A stretch of DNA of 64,000 bases from an uncultured delta proteobacterium (GCA_963816145.1 CAWFJP010000018.1:64001-128000), one strand, 5' to 3'; shown: positions 14,096 to 24,715, counted from the first letter of the stretch. Numbers and translations: made by a program. The notes: generated by a model from the letters alone, not told the origin.

Positions 14096-14273
14096 ACAAT
14101 TAATTAACATACAAACCAGCGATTCTCTAACGTTCGCCGCTATTCTCCCTGCCAAACATGCAGCGTTAGTTCGGCCGAATTTTGTCCCCGGTGAAATCGC
14201 CTCAACCGGGACGGCTGCAAGAGCGCGTTCATCGCGCGGCGAATCATCGCGGTTAGTTTAAGTGGGAGTGCGT

Positions 14274-14612
14274 ATGCCCAGGATTGGCCAGCTAATCGTC
14301 ATGGCCCTGTTAGTGACAGCCGTTGCCGGCTGCTCGAAAGAAAGCGATCAAAGTTCAGGGAAAAGTCCAGATTGGCAGCGCGGCAGAGCCGTGTTTCTGG
14401 CAAATTGTATCGCCTGCCATAACAACGACCCATCAAAGGATGGTTCGATTGGTCCAGCAATCGCCGGCTCATCGAAAGAGTTGATCGAATCCCGCGTTCT
14501 CTCCACCAGCTATCCGCCCAACTATAAACCAAAACGGCCAACTAAGGTCATGCCCCAATTTCCATTTTTGAAAGAGGAGGTCCCTTACTTGGCCGCTTAT
14601 CTGGCTCAATAG
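14274..14612 (+). CDS. Monoheme cytochrome c lipoprotein
   Basis: Lipobox VAGC, CIACH heme motif, distal Met (VMP). Confidence 0.9.
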   Translation: MPRIGQLIVMALLVTAVAGCSKESDQSSGKSPDWQRGRAVFLANCIACHNNDPSKDGSIGPAIAGSSKELIESRVLSTSYPPNYKPKRPTKVMPQFPFLKEEVPYLAAYLAQ

Positions 14613-14621
14613 CGCGGGCTT

Positions 14622-15320
14622 TTAGGTCAGCGCCATCGTCAACAAGAACAAGATACCGGTCAACAGGAAGCCAAACCAAAGCGCTCCCTTGACCGAATCC
14701 AACGGTTTCTTGGTTGGACCTTGTGTCCCGACCAAGGCGTTAACTTCGACAGCCGCTACAATGATGATCACGAGAATCCAGTAAAAGGCCCGGGATTCGG
14801 ATTGATGCACCATCGCGCCATAGTGACTCGCCGCGCCCATGAAGAAGAGCATTGGAATTGAAAAGACCGTATTGGTCCTGGAGGCTAGGCCAGCGCGGCG
14901 GCCGGCTCCCGCTGCCGCCGGCAACGCTTGTCCGCCGGAAGCGACCTGACTGGTCGAGGCCATGACAATTTGCTGATTGGGCCAAATCACCAGCCAGACA
15001 TTCAGAAACATCAGGATACCCATCAAGCCGCCGACTGTGATCGTCACGCCGTAGGGCGATGAATAGAACAAGCTGCCGCCCATCTCACCGAGCCGCATGA
15101 TATAGATCAAGATGCCCGCCAGAAACGTAAACATCGCGCCCCAACGAAACCACCATAACGCGCGCGGCAAAAGCTTTTGAATCGCGCCGGTGCGCACCGC
15201 CGGTTCGGTCTCGGCGAAAAACGGTGTCTGGACAAAGTTAAAATAGTAAAGAATCCCGATCCAAGTTACGCCCGCCAAAAAATGCACCCACCGCAAGAAA
15301 AATAGCGTGAACTCATGCAT
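14622..15320 (-). CDS. PuuD/Urate_ox_N-like membrane protein without the fused cytochrome c
   Basis: RWVHFLAGVTWIG..YYF, WWFRWGA, MFLNVWLVIWPNQ, SRTNT..SIPMLFFM..ASH. Confidence 0.8.
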   Translation of the reverse strand: MHEFTLFFLRWVHFLAGVTWIGILYYFNFVQTPFFAETEPAVRTGAIQKLLPRALWWFRWGAMFTFLAGILIYIMRLGEMGGSLFYSSPYGVTITVGGLMGILMFLNVWLVIWPNQQIVMASTSQVASGGQALPAAAGAGRRAGLASRTNTVFSIPMLFFMGAASHYGAMVHQSESRAFYWILVIIIVAAVEVNALVGTQGPTKKPLDSVKGALWFGFLLTGILFLLTMALT

Positions 15321-15539
15321 TGTAGTATCTCCTTTTCTCGTCTGGTTTGGTCTATATGAATTGCACAAACCGAGTTGTTATGCTCGGTGTATATATTAGG
15401 GGACGGTCGTTTTTGTCAAGGAATATTCACGGGTTTTGCCTGGGCGCGAGAATTTTCACTGCGCCGCGCAACGCCATCGTTGGGCAAGCCTGCAGCGCCG
15501 CAACCGTCACTGCAATCAGCTTGACGTGACAGGGGATCT

Positions 15540-16628
15540 ATGACATTTTGCCTGCATCTTTTCTATCCGACCCGTGGAGACTATCTGATCCAAGAGAGCA
15601 AATCAGGGACGTTGGCGGCGGAATCGCCCAGCGCGCTCAATGGTGAACGGAAAATCCCGCTATTGAAGGGAATCAACGATCCATTCAGCTATGTGAGCGA
15701 CGAACTCAATCTCGTCGAAGAGAATCTCGCTCGAGCGATTCGTTCCCGCGAACAACAACTCACCGACATCGCCGGCCATCTGATCGTCGGCGGCGGCAAA
15801 CGAGTGCGCCCGATGGTGACGCTGCTGGCTTACGCCGCTTTCGGCGGCAAGCGTGTGCGGGATATCGTCGACATCGCTACAGCTATCGAATTGATTCACA
15901 CGGCAACGCTGCTCCATGACGACATCATCGACGGCGCCGATACTCGCCGCGGCAAAGTTTCGGCATTCAAAAAATACGGTTTGAAATCGACGCTGGTTGC
16001 CGGTGATTTTTTGTTCATCAAGGCTTTCGAATTCGCCGGCAAATTCGATGAGACCGTGGTGCAGTGGACGGCCGATGCCTGCACCCTGTTGACCGAAGGT
16101 GAAATCCTGCAAAGTCATTTCAACCGCAATCACGCCGTCACGCTTGACGACTATGTCGAAATCGTTAAGCGCAAGACCGCCTCGTTGTTTCACACCGGCA
16201 CCAAAGTCGGCGCCTACCTTGCGGGCGCCAGCCAAGCAATGATCGACGAAACCGAACGTTACGGTTTGAACATGGGCGTCGCCTTTCAGATGGTCGACGA
16301 CATCCTCGATATCGTGGGGCATCCCGATCTGCTCGGCAAACCAACCGGCATGGACCTGCGCGATGGCAATCCCGCATTGCCGATTATTTTGGCGCTCAAA
16401 CAGGGCGATCCGGCGGTGTGCGCGGTGTTCGATTGCGAAAATCCGTCGGAACCGCAGATCGCTCGAGCCATCGAGGCGATTAAAAACGGCCCCTCCATCG
16501 GCGAGGCCAAAGCTCTGGCCAAGCAGGCGGCCGAAGTCGCATTGAAGTCAATTCGGAAACTCCCTCCTTCGCAATACCGAAATGGTTTGAAGACCCTGGT
16601 TCAGCTCATCATCGATCGAGACTTTTAG
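15540..16628 (+). CDS. Polyprenyl diphosphate synthase (IspB/HepT-like); start uncertain
   Basis: GGKRVRP, LLHDDIID..RRG, KTA, FQMVDDILD. Confidence 0.93.
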   Translation: MTFCLHLFYPTRGDYLIQESKSGTLAAESPSALNGERKIPLLKGINDPFSYVSDELNLVEENLARAIRSREQQLTDIAGHLIVGGGKRVRPMVTLLAYAAFGGKRVRDIVDIATAIELIHTATLLHDDIIDGADTRRGKVSAFKKYGLKSTLVAGDFLFIKAFEFAGKFDETVVQWTADACTLLTEGEILQSHFNRNHAVTLDDYVEIVKRKTASLFHTGTKVGAYLAGASQAMIDETERYGLNMGVAFQMVDDILDIVGHPDLLGKPTGMDLRDGNPALPIILALKQGDPAVCAVFDCENPSEPQIARAIEAIKNGPSIGEAKALAKQAAEVALKSIRKLPPSQYRNGLKTLVQLIIDRDF

Positions 16629-16690
16629 AGAGCCTGATGCCGCGCGCCGGTGCTCGGAATGCCGGCCCATGGGTACACGTGTTTCAATTC

Positions 16691-17425
16691 ATGTCCGTTC
16701 AAAGCCATCCGCGCGACCAGGCGGTGCAGGGAATGTTCGACCGGATCGCCGGCCGGTACGATCTCCTCAACCGCGTCATCAGCTTCAAGCTTGATAACTG
16801 GTGGCGTAAGCAGGCCATCGAAATCCTCATCCACGGCGAGGCACCGCGCGTCGTCGATCTCGGCACCGGCACCGGCGACATGATCTTCAGCGCCATGAAA
16901 AGTGCGCACGGCAATGCGCGCGTGGTTGGCCTCGACTTCTCACTGAATATGCTGCAATTAGCGCAGTCCAAGCGAGCGACGCAGCCCGAGAGTGCGACGG
17001 CGACCTTCGTCCAGGGCAGCGCCTTGGCGTCGCCCTTCAAGAACGCCAGCTTCGATGGTGCGATGAGCGCTTTTGTACTGCGCAATGTGTCAGATCTTAG
17101 TGTTTTTTTTAGCGAGGCTTGCCGGATTCTCAAGCCCGGCGGAAAATTAGTCACCCTCGACATGTTTCCGCCCCAACAGAATTGGTTCGCGCCGTTGTAC
17201 TGCCTCTATTTTTACCGCCTGGTGCCGTGGATCGGCGGATTGCTCGCCCGCGACCGCAGTGCTTACCGCTATCTATCCGACTCGGTGCGCCGGTTTCATC
17301 CCCCAGAAGTCATTAGCGATCGGATTCGCCAAGCCGGCTTTGCCCGGGTGACGCTGCGCAAATTTCTCAACGGCGCGGTGTGCATGCATATCGCTGAAAA
17401 AGCCGGCGCTAACCAAGCCCGATAG
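16691..17425 (+). CDS. ubiE: Menaquinone/ubiquinone biosynthesis C-methyltransferase
   Basis: MFDRIAGRYDLLNRVIS, DLGTGTGD, FVLRNV, AYRYLSDS. Confidence 0.92.
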   Translation: MSVQSHPRDQAVQGMFDRIAGRYDLLNRVISFKLDNWWRKQAIEILIHGEAPRVVDLGTGTGDMIFSAMKSAHGNARVVGLDFSLNMLQLAQSKRATQPESATATFVQGSALASPFKNASFDGAMSAFVLRNVSDLSVFFSEACRILKPGGKLVTLDMFPPQQNWFAPLYCLYFYRLVPWIGGLLARDRSAYRYLSDSVRRFHPPEVISDRIRQAGFARVTLRKFLNGAVCMHIAEKAGANQAR

Positions 17426-17429
17426 GACG

Positions 17430-18260
17430 ATGCAAGGATTTTCCAGCAGCTTCCTGATATTCTTCTACCAAATCGCTTTGGGTGGAATGTTCGCCCTGGC
17501 CGGCACCCCGTTTCACGAAATCGAGCGCGGCTTTTACAAGTCCACCGCCGGAGTTCTCTACTTCATCGCGGTGGTCGGCTTTTTCGGCAAAAGCGGTTTT
17601 TATCTGCACGCTTTCAGCCAGTCCGTCAGCCTCGGACTCGGATTGGAAATCTTCTTCCACAGCGCGTTTATTCTAGCATTCACCGCCTACATGATTTCGC
17701 TCTGGGGTGAACGGCAAGTTTTTCGCGCGCGCAGCTTCTCCGCCACCCTTCTGACCGGCTTGGCCGGCTTGCTGATTAGCACCCATAGCTTTTCCAGCGC
17801 GCCGTTGTTGGCGGTCGAGAGCGTAATTTATCCTGCGGCGTTTTTCCTGTCGTCGCTTTTACTGGGCAGTGTCACGGTCGGCATGTTGATCGGCCACTGG
17901 TATCTGATCGACACCGGTCAAAGTCTCGACCCGTTCATTCGCATCTATAAGTTCTTTGTCTACGCGTTGGCGGCGCAGTGCTTATTTTATCTTATCGCCC
18001 CACTGGGGTTGCATCTCGCGGGCAGCGCAGCAAGCCTGAATGGGCTTCAACGTCTGTGGCAGAACCATTCGACCCTGCTGGTCAGCCGGCTCATCGCCGG
18101 GCAAATCGCGCCGCTAATTTTGTCATGGATGATTTGGCGCACGCTGCTGATTCCCCACACCATGGCAGCGACCGGCCTTTTTTATATCGCGCTGCTCGGA
18201 GTGTTTGTCGGGGAAATTTTGGGACGGCAAATCCTGGCGCTCACTTCGCTGCCCTTTTGA
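17430..18260 (+). CDS. Multi-pass membrane protein (about 8 TM), function unknown
   Basis: Hydrophobic helices, conserved-looking MLIGHWYL and ATGLFY; co-oriented with ubiE. Confidence 0.8.
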   Translation: MQGFSSSFLIFFYQIALGGMFALAGTPFHEIERGFYKSTAGVLYFIAVVGFFGKSGFYLHAFSQSVSLGLGLEIFFHSAFILAFTAYMISLWGERQVFRARSFSATLLTGLAGLLISTHSFSSAPLLAVESVIYPAAFFLSSLLLGSVTVGMLIGHWYLIDTGQSLDPFIRIYKFFVYALAAQCLFYLIAPLGLHLAGSAASLNGLQRLWQNHSTLLVSRLIAGQIAPLILSWMIWRTLLIPHTMAATGLFYIALLGVFVGEILGRQILALTSLPF

Positions 18261-18284
18261 AATCCATCCATCGAGATCACAGGA

Positions 18285-18551
18285 CTATTTAGGATAGGTC
18301 TTAATCTTGGTAACCCGCAGGCCGGCCGAAGTCCAACCGAGGTCATAGCCAACCTGCTCGCCGACTCGTAGATCAAGCGCCGACTTGATCGCGCCGATCA
18401 GAATGACCAGGTCATAGGAAAACGTCAGTTCACGGCCGCTCTCAGTGCGCACGACACCGGTGTTATTTGACGGGAATAGCTTGGTGATCACGCCTTGATG
18501 ATACCAATCACCACGGCTTGAGGCTAACGGGTCATTTTCTGGTTCAGCCAT
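18285..18551 (-). CDS. Small OB-fold/cold-shock-like hypothetical protein
   Basis: GVITKL...GVVRTESGRELTF...LRVGEQVGYD pattern. Confidence 0.65.
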   Translation of the reverse strand: MAEPENDPLASSRGDWYHQGVITKLFPSNNTGVVRTESGRELTFSYDLVILIGAIKSALDLRVGEQVGYDLGWTSAGLRVTKIKTYPK

Positions 18552-18640
18552 TTCTTGTTGTGTCGAAACCGGACAGGGGCTGCTGCCAACCATGCTGGGC
18601 GACTCCAGCGACGGTCGCCGCGGCGGGACAATCCCGAAAT

Positions 18641-19159
18641 TTACGTGATCGGATGTTTTTGCTGGGCAATGCGACCTTGCAGCTCCATCAGACCATCCAA
18701 AACCGCCTCTGGACGCGGCGGACAGCCGGGCACGTAGACGTCGACCGGAATGATGCGATCGATGCCTTGCACCGTCGCGTAGTTGTCGTAAAAGCCGCCG
18801 CTGGCCGCGCAGGCACCGAAGGCCATCACCCACTTGGGCTCGGACATTTGCTCGTACACTCTTTTGAGCACCGGCGAAAGTTTGTGGTTGACGGTGCCGA
18901 TCACCATCAATAGATCGGCCTGTCGCGGACTAAAGCGCGGCAACAGGGCGCCGAAACGATCGATGTCATAGGGCGACATGGAGAGTGACATATACTCCAT
19001 GGCGCAGCAGGCCGTCGCAAACGGATAGGGAAATAACGAATATTTGCGCGCCCAACCCAACGCCTTATCCAAGCGCGTCAGGACAACCGAATCGGCCAGC
19101 AGCCGATCTTGTCCAAACGCTGGATTCGCCGTCGCCGCTACTTGGTTTGTCGGATTCAA
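18641..19159 (-). CDS. nuoB: NADH-quinone oxidoreductase subunit B (orphan)
   Basis: ACCAME, SPRQADL, GAC..SGG, PGCPPRPE; TTG start with AAGGTGG RBS. Confidence 0.92.
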   Translation of the reverse strand: MNPTNQVAATANPAFGQDRLLADSVVLTRLDKALGWARKYSLFPYPFATACCAMEYMSLSMSPYDIDRFGALLPRFSPRQADLLMVIGTVNHKLSPVLKRVYEQMSEPKWVMAFGACAASGGFYDNYATVQGIDRIIPVDVYVPGCPPRPEAVLDGLMELQGRIAQQKHPIT

Positions 19160-19340
19160 TGAGCCACCTTCGATCGATTGCAATGAGCTTACGAGAAGAA
19201 AGGTACTCTGTTTCTTCGGAATTAACAAATCTTTGCCGCCGTGAGGGAACGGTAGGTTACCGCGCCCGTCTATCGGACGATCACCGGTGCGAGCAAGGCC
19301 AAAGGATCGAACGGCCAACCTATCTAAAAAAATTACTTAA

Positions 19341-19541
19341 TCATTTAATCATGACATTGGCCGCTTGGAGTCCCTTGCTACCTTGGGTTATCTCAAACTC
19401 GACATCTTGACCCTCGTTGAGAGACCGGTAGCCATCGCCTTGGATCGCACTATAGTGAACGAAGACATCGGCGCCACCCTTTTGCTCAATGAAACCATAT
19501 CCTTTTGAATTATTAAACCACTTCACCTTTCCAGTAGCCAT
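19341..19541 (-). CDS. cspA: Cold-shock protein
   Basis: GKVKWFN, KGYGFI, VFVHYS, QAANV. Confidence 0.95.
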   Translation of the reverse strand: MATGKVKWFNNSKGYGFIEQKGGADVFVHYSAIQGDGYRSLNEGQDVEFEITQGSKGLQAANVMIK

Positions 19542-20055
19542 CAGCACATCCTCCATTTCTTCGCTAATCGAAAGAACCGTGCTTTCACCGTGAACAAGAC
19601 ACCGCCAAATTTCCGGCGCTGACATTAGTTAAACCCTGCCACCTTTGTCAAGAATATTTGCCGAGCGACACTTGCGACAATATTTCTTGACATTATGGCC
19701 AAATAAGTTTTCAATAAAAGTAGACAGACATCCGGCGTATTGAAGATCAAGTCCTTTGTGATCGTCTAACGAGCAAGGAATCGGCAAGCCGACTAACGCA
19801 ACAGGAGGTCGCATGCGAGCCCAAGTTTACTCCCGGAGTTCCCACCCTGCCCCTATCGGCCGCTGCGCCCTAGCGCGGCCATTTTTCTGCTCAAGGTGAT
19901 GCACGAACCGGTCATAGCTCATGCACAGGCCTCGTTTTGTCGAGGCAACCGCCCTGTTTTTTTCTTCGCGCCCGCACATCCAGAGTTCAGCTCCATCGGT
20001 AAATTCAAAGGTTTTAGTAATAACCAAAGCAATTCCAAAAAGGGAGGCTGCTGGA

Positions 20056-21990
20056 ATGGACCATAACACGGAGTTCGAAGCGCTCATCAAGCGAGACCGA
20101 GACTTGCACCATTCGCGCGCCTGGCGCGGCAACTTGTTGGGATATCTCGACAAAGTCAAAGAAGATCCGGCCATCGCCAAACTCGCCCACGCGCGCATGT
20201 ACGACATTCTTATGAACGCGGGGGTTCGCGATATTCATGAGAAGCACGACCCGCACACCAAGCGCCTTTACAAAGACGAAAACATTAAACTCTACGACTT
20301 CTTCGCCGATGAGTTCTTCGGCATCGAAAAGACCATTTCACAGATCGTCCGCTACTTTCATGCCGCCTCGCTCAAGGGCGAGGAAAGCCGCCAAGTGCTC
20401 TACCTGATGGGACCGGTGGGCTCGGGCAAAAGTTCTCTGGTCGAAAAGCTTCATCGCGGTCTCGAAAGCAGCGAGCCGATTTACGCCATCGACGGCTGCC
20501 CGATGTTCGAGGAGCCGCTCCATCTGATTCCGCGTCATCTGCGCAAAGAGTTCGAAAAGATGTTGGGGTTGCATATCGAAGGCGATCTCTGCCCGGTCTG
20601 CCGTTACAAGCTGCAAAATGAATACAACGGCAAGTACGAGGAATTTCCCGTCCACACCCTCGAGTTTTCCAAACGCGCCCGTGTCGGGCTCGGCGTCGTG
20701 CCGCCAGTGGATCCCAACAATCAGGACACCTCGGTGCTCATCGGCAGCGAGGATATCTCAAAGCTGGATCTCTACTCCGAGGGCGATCCGCGAGTCCTTG
20801 AGTTGAACGGCGCGCTCAACGTCGGCAACCGCGGCTTGGTGGAATTTATCGAGGTGTTCAAAAACGAGATCGAGTACCTGCACTGCATGATCACCGCAAC
20901 CCAAGAAAAAGTCGTGCCGGCCCCGGGCCGGCATGGCCTGGTCTACGTCGACACCGTCATCGTCGCCCACTCCAACGAAGCGGAATGGCAAAAGTTCAAG
21001 GCGGACCACACCAATGAAGCGATCCTCGACCGCATCGTCGTGGTGCGCGTGCCGTATAATCTGCGGCTCTCCGAAGAGGTGAAAATCTATCAAAAGATCA
21101 TCCGTCATTCCGATTTCCGCGCCCATGTCGCGCCCCACACCCTGGAATTCGCATCCATGTTTGCGATTCTCTCGCGCCTGGAGCCCACCGCCAAGTGCGA
21201 TCTGATGACCAAGCTCAAACTCTATAACGGCGAAGAAGTCGTCGAAAAGGGCCGGACCAAAAAGGTCGACGTCCAGGAACTCCGAGAGGCAACCAAGCGT
21301 GAAGGCATGTCCGGGATCTCGACGCGATTCATCATGAAGGCTCTCGATAACGCGCTGTCGGACAACACGGCGGGCAATTGCATAAACCCGATCAACGTCC
21401 GCGAAGCTCTGATCAACATGTCCAAGGAAGCGGACATGCCCGATGACACCAGGAAACAGTATCTGGAGTTTCTCCAGGACACCCTGCACAAGGAATATTT
21501 GGAACTGCTCGAAAAGGAAATTACCCGGGCATTCGTTTACTCCTACCAGGAACAGGCCGAGGGTTTGTTCCAAAACTATCTCGACCACGCCGAAGCCTAT
21601 ATCAACAAGAGCAAGGTCAAAGACCGCAATACCAAGGAAGAGCTGACGCCGGATGAAGGCTTCATGAAGTCCATCGAAGAGCAGATCGCGATCATCGGTT
21701 CCGCCGCCGATGGCTTCCGCCAGGAAGTGATCGCCTACCTGTGGGCCGCCAACCGGCGCGGCGAAAAAATCGATTATCGCAGCTACGAACCGCTCAAAGA
21801 AGCGATCGAGAAAAAGCTCATCACTTCGGTGCGCGACTTGAGCCGTGTGATCACCAAGTCGCGCATGCGCGATGAAGAGCAATCCGAGAAATATAACGCC
21901 ATGGTCAAGAACCTTTTAGAGAATGGCTACTGCGAGAGCTGCGTCGACGTCGTTCTCAAATATGCGGCCAACAATCTTTGGAAGGACTGA
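20056..21990 (+). CDS. prkA: PrkA/YeaG family AAA+ serine protein kinase
   Basis: GPVGSGKSS, GCPMFEEPL, HSNEAEW, GMSGISTRF. Confidence 0.95.
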   Translation: MDHNTEFEALIKRDRDLHHSRAWRGNLLGYLDKVKEDPAIAKLAHARMYDILMNAGVRDIHEKHDPHTKRLYKDENIKLYDFFADEFFGIEKTISQIVRYFHAASLKGEESRQVLYLMGPVGSGKSSLVEKLHRGLESSEPIYAIDGCPMFEEPLHLIPRHLRKEFEKMLGLHIEGDLCPVCRYKLQNEYNGKYEEFPVHTLEFSKRARVGLGVVPPVDPNNQDTSVLIGSEDISKLDLYSEGDPRVLELNGALNVGNRGLVEFIEVFKNEIEYLHCMITATQEKVVPAPGRHGLVYVDTVIVAHSNEAEWQKFKADHTNEAILDRIVVVRVPYNLRLSEEVKIYQKIIRHSDFRAHVAPHTLEFASMFAILSRLEPTAKCDLMTKLKLYNGEEVVEKGRTKKVDVQELREATKREGMSGISTRFIMKALDNALSDNTAGNCINPINVREALINMSKEADMPDDTRKQYLEFLQDTLHKEYLELLEKEITRAFVYSYQEQAEGLFQNYLDHAEAYINKSKVKDRNTKEELTPDEGFMKSIEEQIAIIGSAADGFRQEVIAYLWAANRRGEKIDYRSYEPLKEAIEKKLITSVRDLSRVITKSRMRDEEQSEKYNAMVKNLLENGYCESCVDVVLKYAANNLWKD

Positions 21991-22014
21991 GGCCGCGGCC
22001 GTCGGTTCGTTCAA

Positions 22015-23217
22015 ATGTCAACCATCTTTCGCCCGTACAATTCATCCTCGGGTCAACGTAGCGACCGCAGTGCCGGCGACCGCCTGCGCCACCGGCAAAA
22101 AGTGCGCGAAGCGATTCGCAACAATATCGCCGATATCATCGCCGAAGAATCAATCATCGGCAAAGACCACAACCGGATCATTAAAGTGCCGATTCGCGGC
22201 GTCAAAGAGTATCGCTTTATCTACGGCGACAACGCTCCCGGCGTCGGGGAAGGCGGCGATGGCGATCCCAAACCCGGAGATGTCGTCGGCCAAGGCGAGG
22301 AGGGCAAGGCCGGGCAACAGGCCGGCAACCGGCCCGGCGTCGACTACTACGAGACCGATGTCAGCCTGGACGAACTGATCGATCTGATGTTCGAAGATCT
22401 CGAACTGCCCGATCTCGAGCGCAAGCGGTTGCGCAAGATCGAGTTTGAGCGGCTGATCCGGCAAAAGGGCTATCGCCGCAAAGGCATCCGGGTTCGGCTT
22501 GACAAGAAGCGCACCGCGCTTTCGCGGGTCAAGCGCAAAAAGGCGATGCAGCGCCGTCAGTCGGCGCGACCGCAGGCAAATCCGGAGTTGGTTCAATTGG
22601 AGCGTTTCCCTTTTCACAGAGATGATCTGCGCTATCACCATACGGTGACCGACACCCGCGAGGAGTCCAACGCCGTGGTGCTGTGCATCATGGACACCTC
22701 GGGCTCCATGGACACCATGAAAAAATATTTGTCGCGCAGTTTTTTTTTCCTGCTCTATCAATTTATTTCGACTCGCTATCAGAACGTCGAGATCGTCTTC
22801 ATCGCCCATCACACCGAGGCCAAAGAGGTCACCGAAGACGAGTTCTTTCACAAAGGCGAGTCCGGCGGCACCATGATCTCGTCGGGCTACATCAAAGCGC
22901 TGGAGATCATCGAGCAACGTTACCACCCGGCGCTGTGGAACGTTTACGTGTTTCACTGCTCCGACGGTGACAACTTCGAGTCCGACAACCCGGCGACACT
23001 CAAAGCCGCCCAAGAACTTGCCAAGGCCGCCAATCTGTTCGGCTATGGCGAGATCAAACCACTCGGCTCGGGTTACTATGGCAGCAGCTTGATCAGTTTT
23101 TTCTCACAGATTCAGGAGCCCAACTTTCTCGCTGTGCAAATTCAGAAGAAGGAAGATGTCTGGAGTTCCTTCAAAACCTTTCTGACCAAGGACCGCGCCA
23201 AAGAAGACGCGGCCTGA
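22015..23217 (+). CDS. yeaH: YeaH/YhbH (DUF444) protein
   Basis: VKEYRFIYG, DLELP, CIMDTSGSM, ESGGT, SDGDN; prkA-yeaH-spoVR synteny. Confidence 0.92.
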   Translation: MSTIFRPYNSSSGQRSDRSAGDRLRHRQKVREAIRNNIADIIAEESIIGKDHNRIIKVPIRGVKEYRFIYGDNAPGVGEGGDGDPKPGDVVGQGEEGKAGQQAGNRPGVDYYETDVSLDELIDLMFEDLELPDLERKRLRKIEFERLIRQKGYRRKGIRVRLDKKRTALSRVKRKKAMQRRQSARPQANPELVQLERFPFHRDDLRYHHTVTDTREESNAVVLCIMDTSGSMDTMKKYLSRSFFFLLYQFISTRYQNVEIVFIAHHTEAKEVTEDEFFHKGESGGTMISSGYIKALEIIEQRYHPALWNVYVFHCSDGDNFESDNPATLKAAQELAKAANLFGYGEIKPLGSGYYGSSLISFFSQIQEPNFLAVQIQKKEDVWSSFKTFLTKDRAKEDAA

Positions 23218-23226
23218 GAACACGCC

Positions 23227-24660
23227 ATGGCTACCGACTATAGCCTCGACGATCTGGAAAATTGGAACGAACGAATCATCCAGTTGGTCCAACGTTTCGG
23301 CCTCGATCCATACGATCAAGAGTTCGAGATATGCGACCACGAGGACATGCTCTCCTACATGGTCTACTCGGGCATGCCGTCCCATTATCCACACTGGTCC
23401 TACGGTAAAAGCTTCGAAAAGCTCAAGACGCTTTATGACTATGGCATCAGCGGCTTACCCTACGAAATGGTCATCAACTCCAATCCGTCGATCGCCTACC
23501 TCATGCGCGACAACAGCCTAGCCTTGCAGGTGCTCACCATCGCCCATGTTTACGGCCACAACGATTTTTTCAAGAACAATTTCACCTTTCGCTCGACCCG
23601 CGCCGAGTTTACGATCGCAAATTTCAAAAGCCACGCCAACCGGGTGCGCCACTATGTCGAAGATCCGAGCATCGGCCTGGAACGCGTCGAGTCGGTTGTC
23701 GACGCCGCCCATGCGCTGTCGCTGCAATGCCGGCGCAACCTCGCCGTGCGCAAACCCACTGCCGCCGAAGAAAGGCAACGCAAGATCGAAGAAGCCAAAC
23801 TGCCGGACGATCCGTTTCACGCGGTTCACCGCCGGCGCCAAGTCGCCGAACCGGATTTGCAGAAAGTGCCACTCTACCCCGATCAAGATTTGCTGCTATT
23901 CATCCGCGATCATAATCCGCTGCTCGCCGAATGGGAAAAAGATCTGCTGACGATCGTACACGAAGAAGCCCAGTACTTCATTCCGCAGATCGAAACCAAA
24001 ATCATGAACGAAGGTTGGGCAAGTTTCTGGCACAAACGCATCCTTGAAAACCTCGATTTACCTCAAGGGTTGCACCTGGAGTTTCTCGTGCGCCACACCC
24101 AGGTGCTGCGGCCCGCACCAGGGAGTATCAACCCCTATCATGTCGGCATGAAGATTTGGGAGGACATCGAGAAGCGCTGGCAGAATCCCAGCGCCGCCGA
24201 AGAAAAAGAATTCGGCCCGCGCAAGAAAAGCGCCAACGAAAAACTCTTCGAAGTGCGCGAGGTCGAGCGCGACAGCTCGTTCCTGCGCCGATATCTGACC
24301 GAAGATTTGCTACGCGAACTCAACCTGTTCGAATATAAAAACCAGGGGAACCAACAGGTGGTCAGCCATGTCGCCGACGACGACAACTGGCAACACATCA
24401 AAGACACCCTGATCCGTAACGTCGGCACCGGGACCATCCCGGTCATCAAGGTCGTCGACGCGGATTACCGCAACAACCGCACGCTCTTGTTGCAACATGA
24501 CCACGACGGTCGCGACTTGCAGTTGGAATACGCCGAGAAGACTCTGCAATACGTCCAGCAACTATGGGGGCACGACGTCGCGATGGAAACCGTGAACGAT
24601 AATCAGCGGGCGATCCTGGAACTATCCGACCGCAAACTAGCCGTCAAAAAATCGGCATAG
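23227..24660 (+). CDS. spoVR: SpoVR/YcgB family protein
   Basis: HWSYGK, YEMVINSNP, HVYGHNDFFKNN, TKIMNEGWAS. Confidence 0.95.
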   Translation: MATDYSLDDLENWNERIIQLVQRFGLDPYDQEFEICDHEDMLSYMVYSGMPSHYPHWSYGKSFEKLKTLYDYGISGLPYEMVINSNPSIAYLMRDNSLALQVLTIAHVYGHNDFFKNNFTFRSTRAEFTIANFKSHANRVRHYVEDPSIGLERVESVVDAAHALSLQCRRNLAVRKPTAAEERQRKIEEAKLPDDPFHAVHRRRQVAEPDLQKVPLYPDQDLLLFIRDHNPLLAEWEKDLLTIVHEEAQYFIPQIETKIMNEGWASFWHKRILENLDLPQGLHLEFLVRHTQVLRPAPGSINPYHVGMKIWEDIEKRWQNPSAAEEKEFGPRKKSANEKLFEVREVERDSSFLRRYLTEDLLRELNLFEYKNQGNQQVVSHVADDDNWQHIKDTLIRNVGTGTIPVIKVVDADYRNNRTLLLQHDHDGRDLQLEYAEKTLQYVQQLWGHDVAMETVNDNQRAILELSDRKLAVKKSA

Positions 24661-24715
24661 GCGTTAGTGTCATGTCCGAGAAATTGGTTGAACAAAAGGC
24701 CTATCGGTTCGGACG

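Noticed and set aside
20758-23013. Long antisense ORFs (e.g. 20758-21882, 22150-23013, also 8809-9774, 10503-11483, 27125-28069)
   Set aside because: Shadow ORFs opposite well-supported genes in high-GC DNA
20056-24660. prkA-yeaH-spoVR as a novel system or evidence of sporulation
   Set aside because: A well-known, widespread operon that also occurs in non-sporulating bacteria
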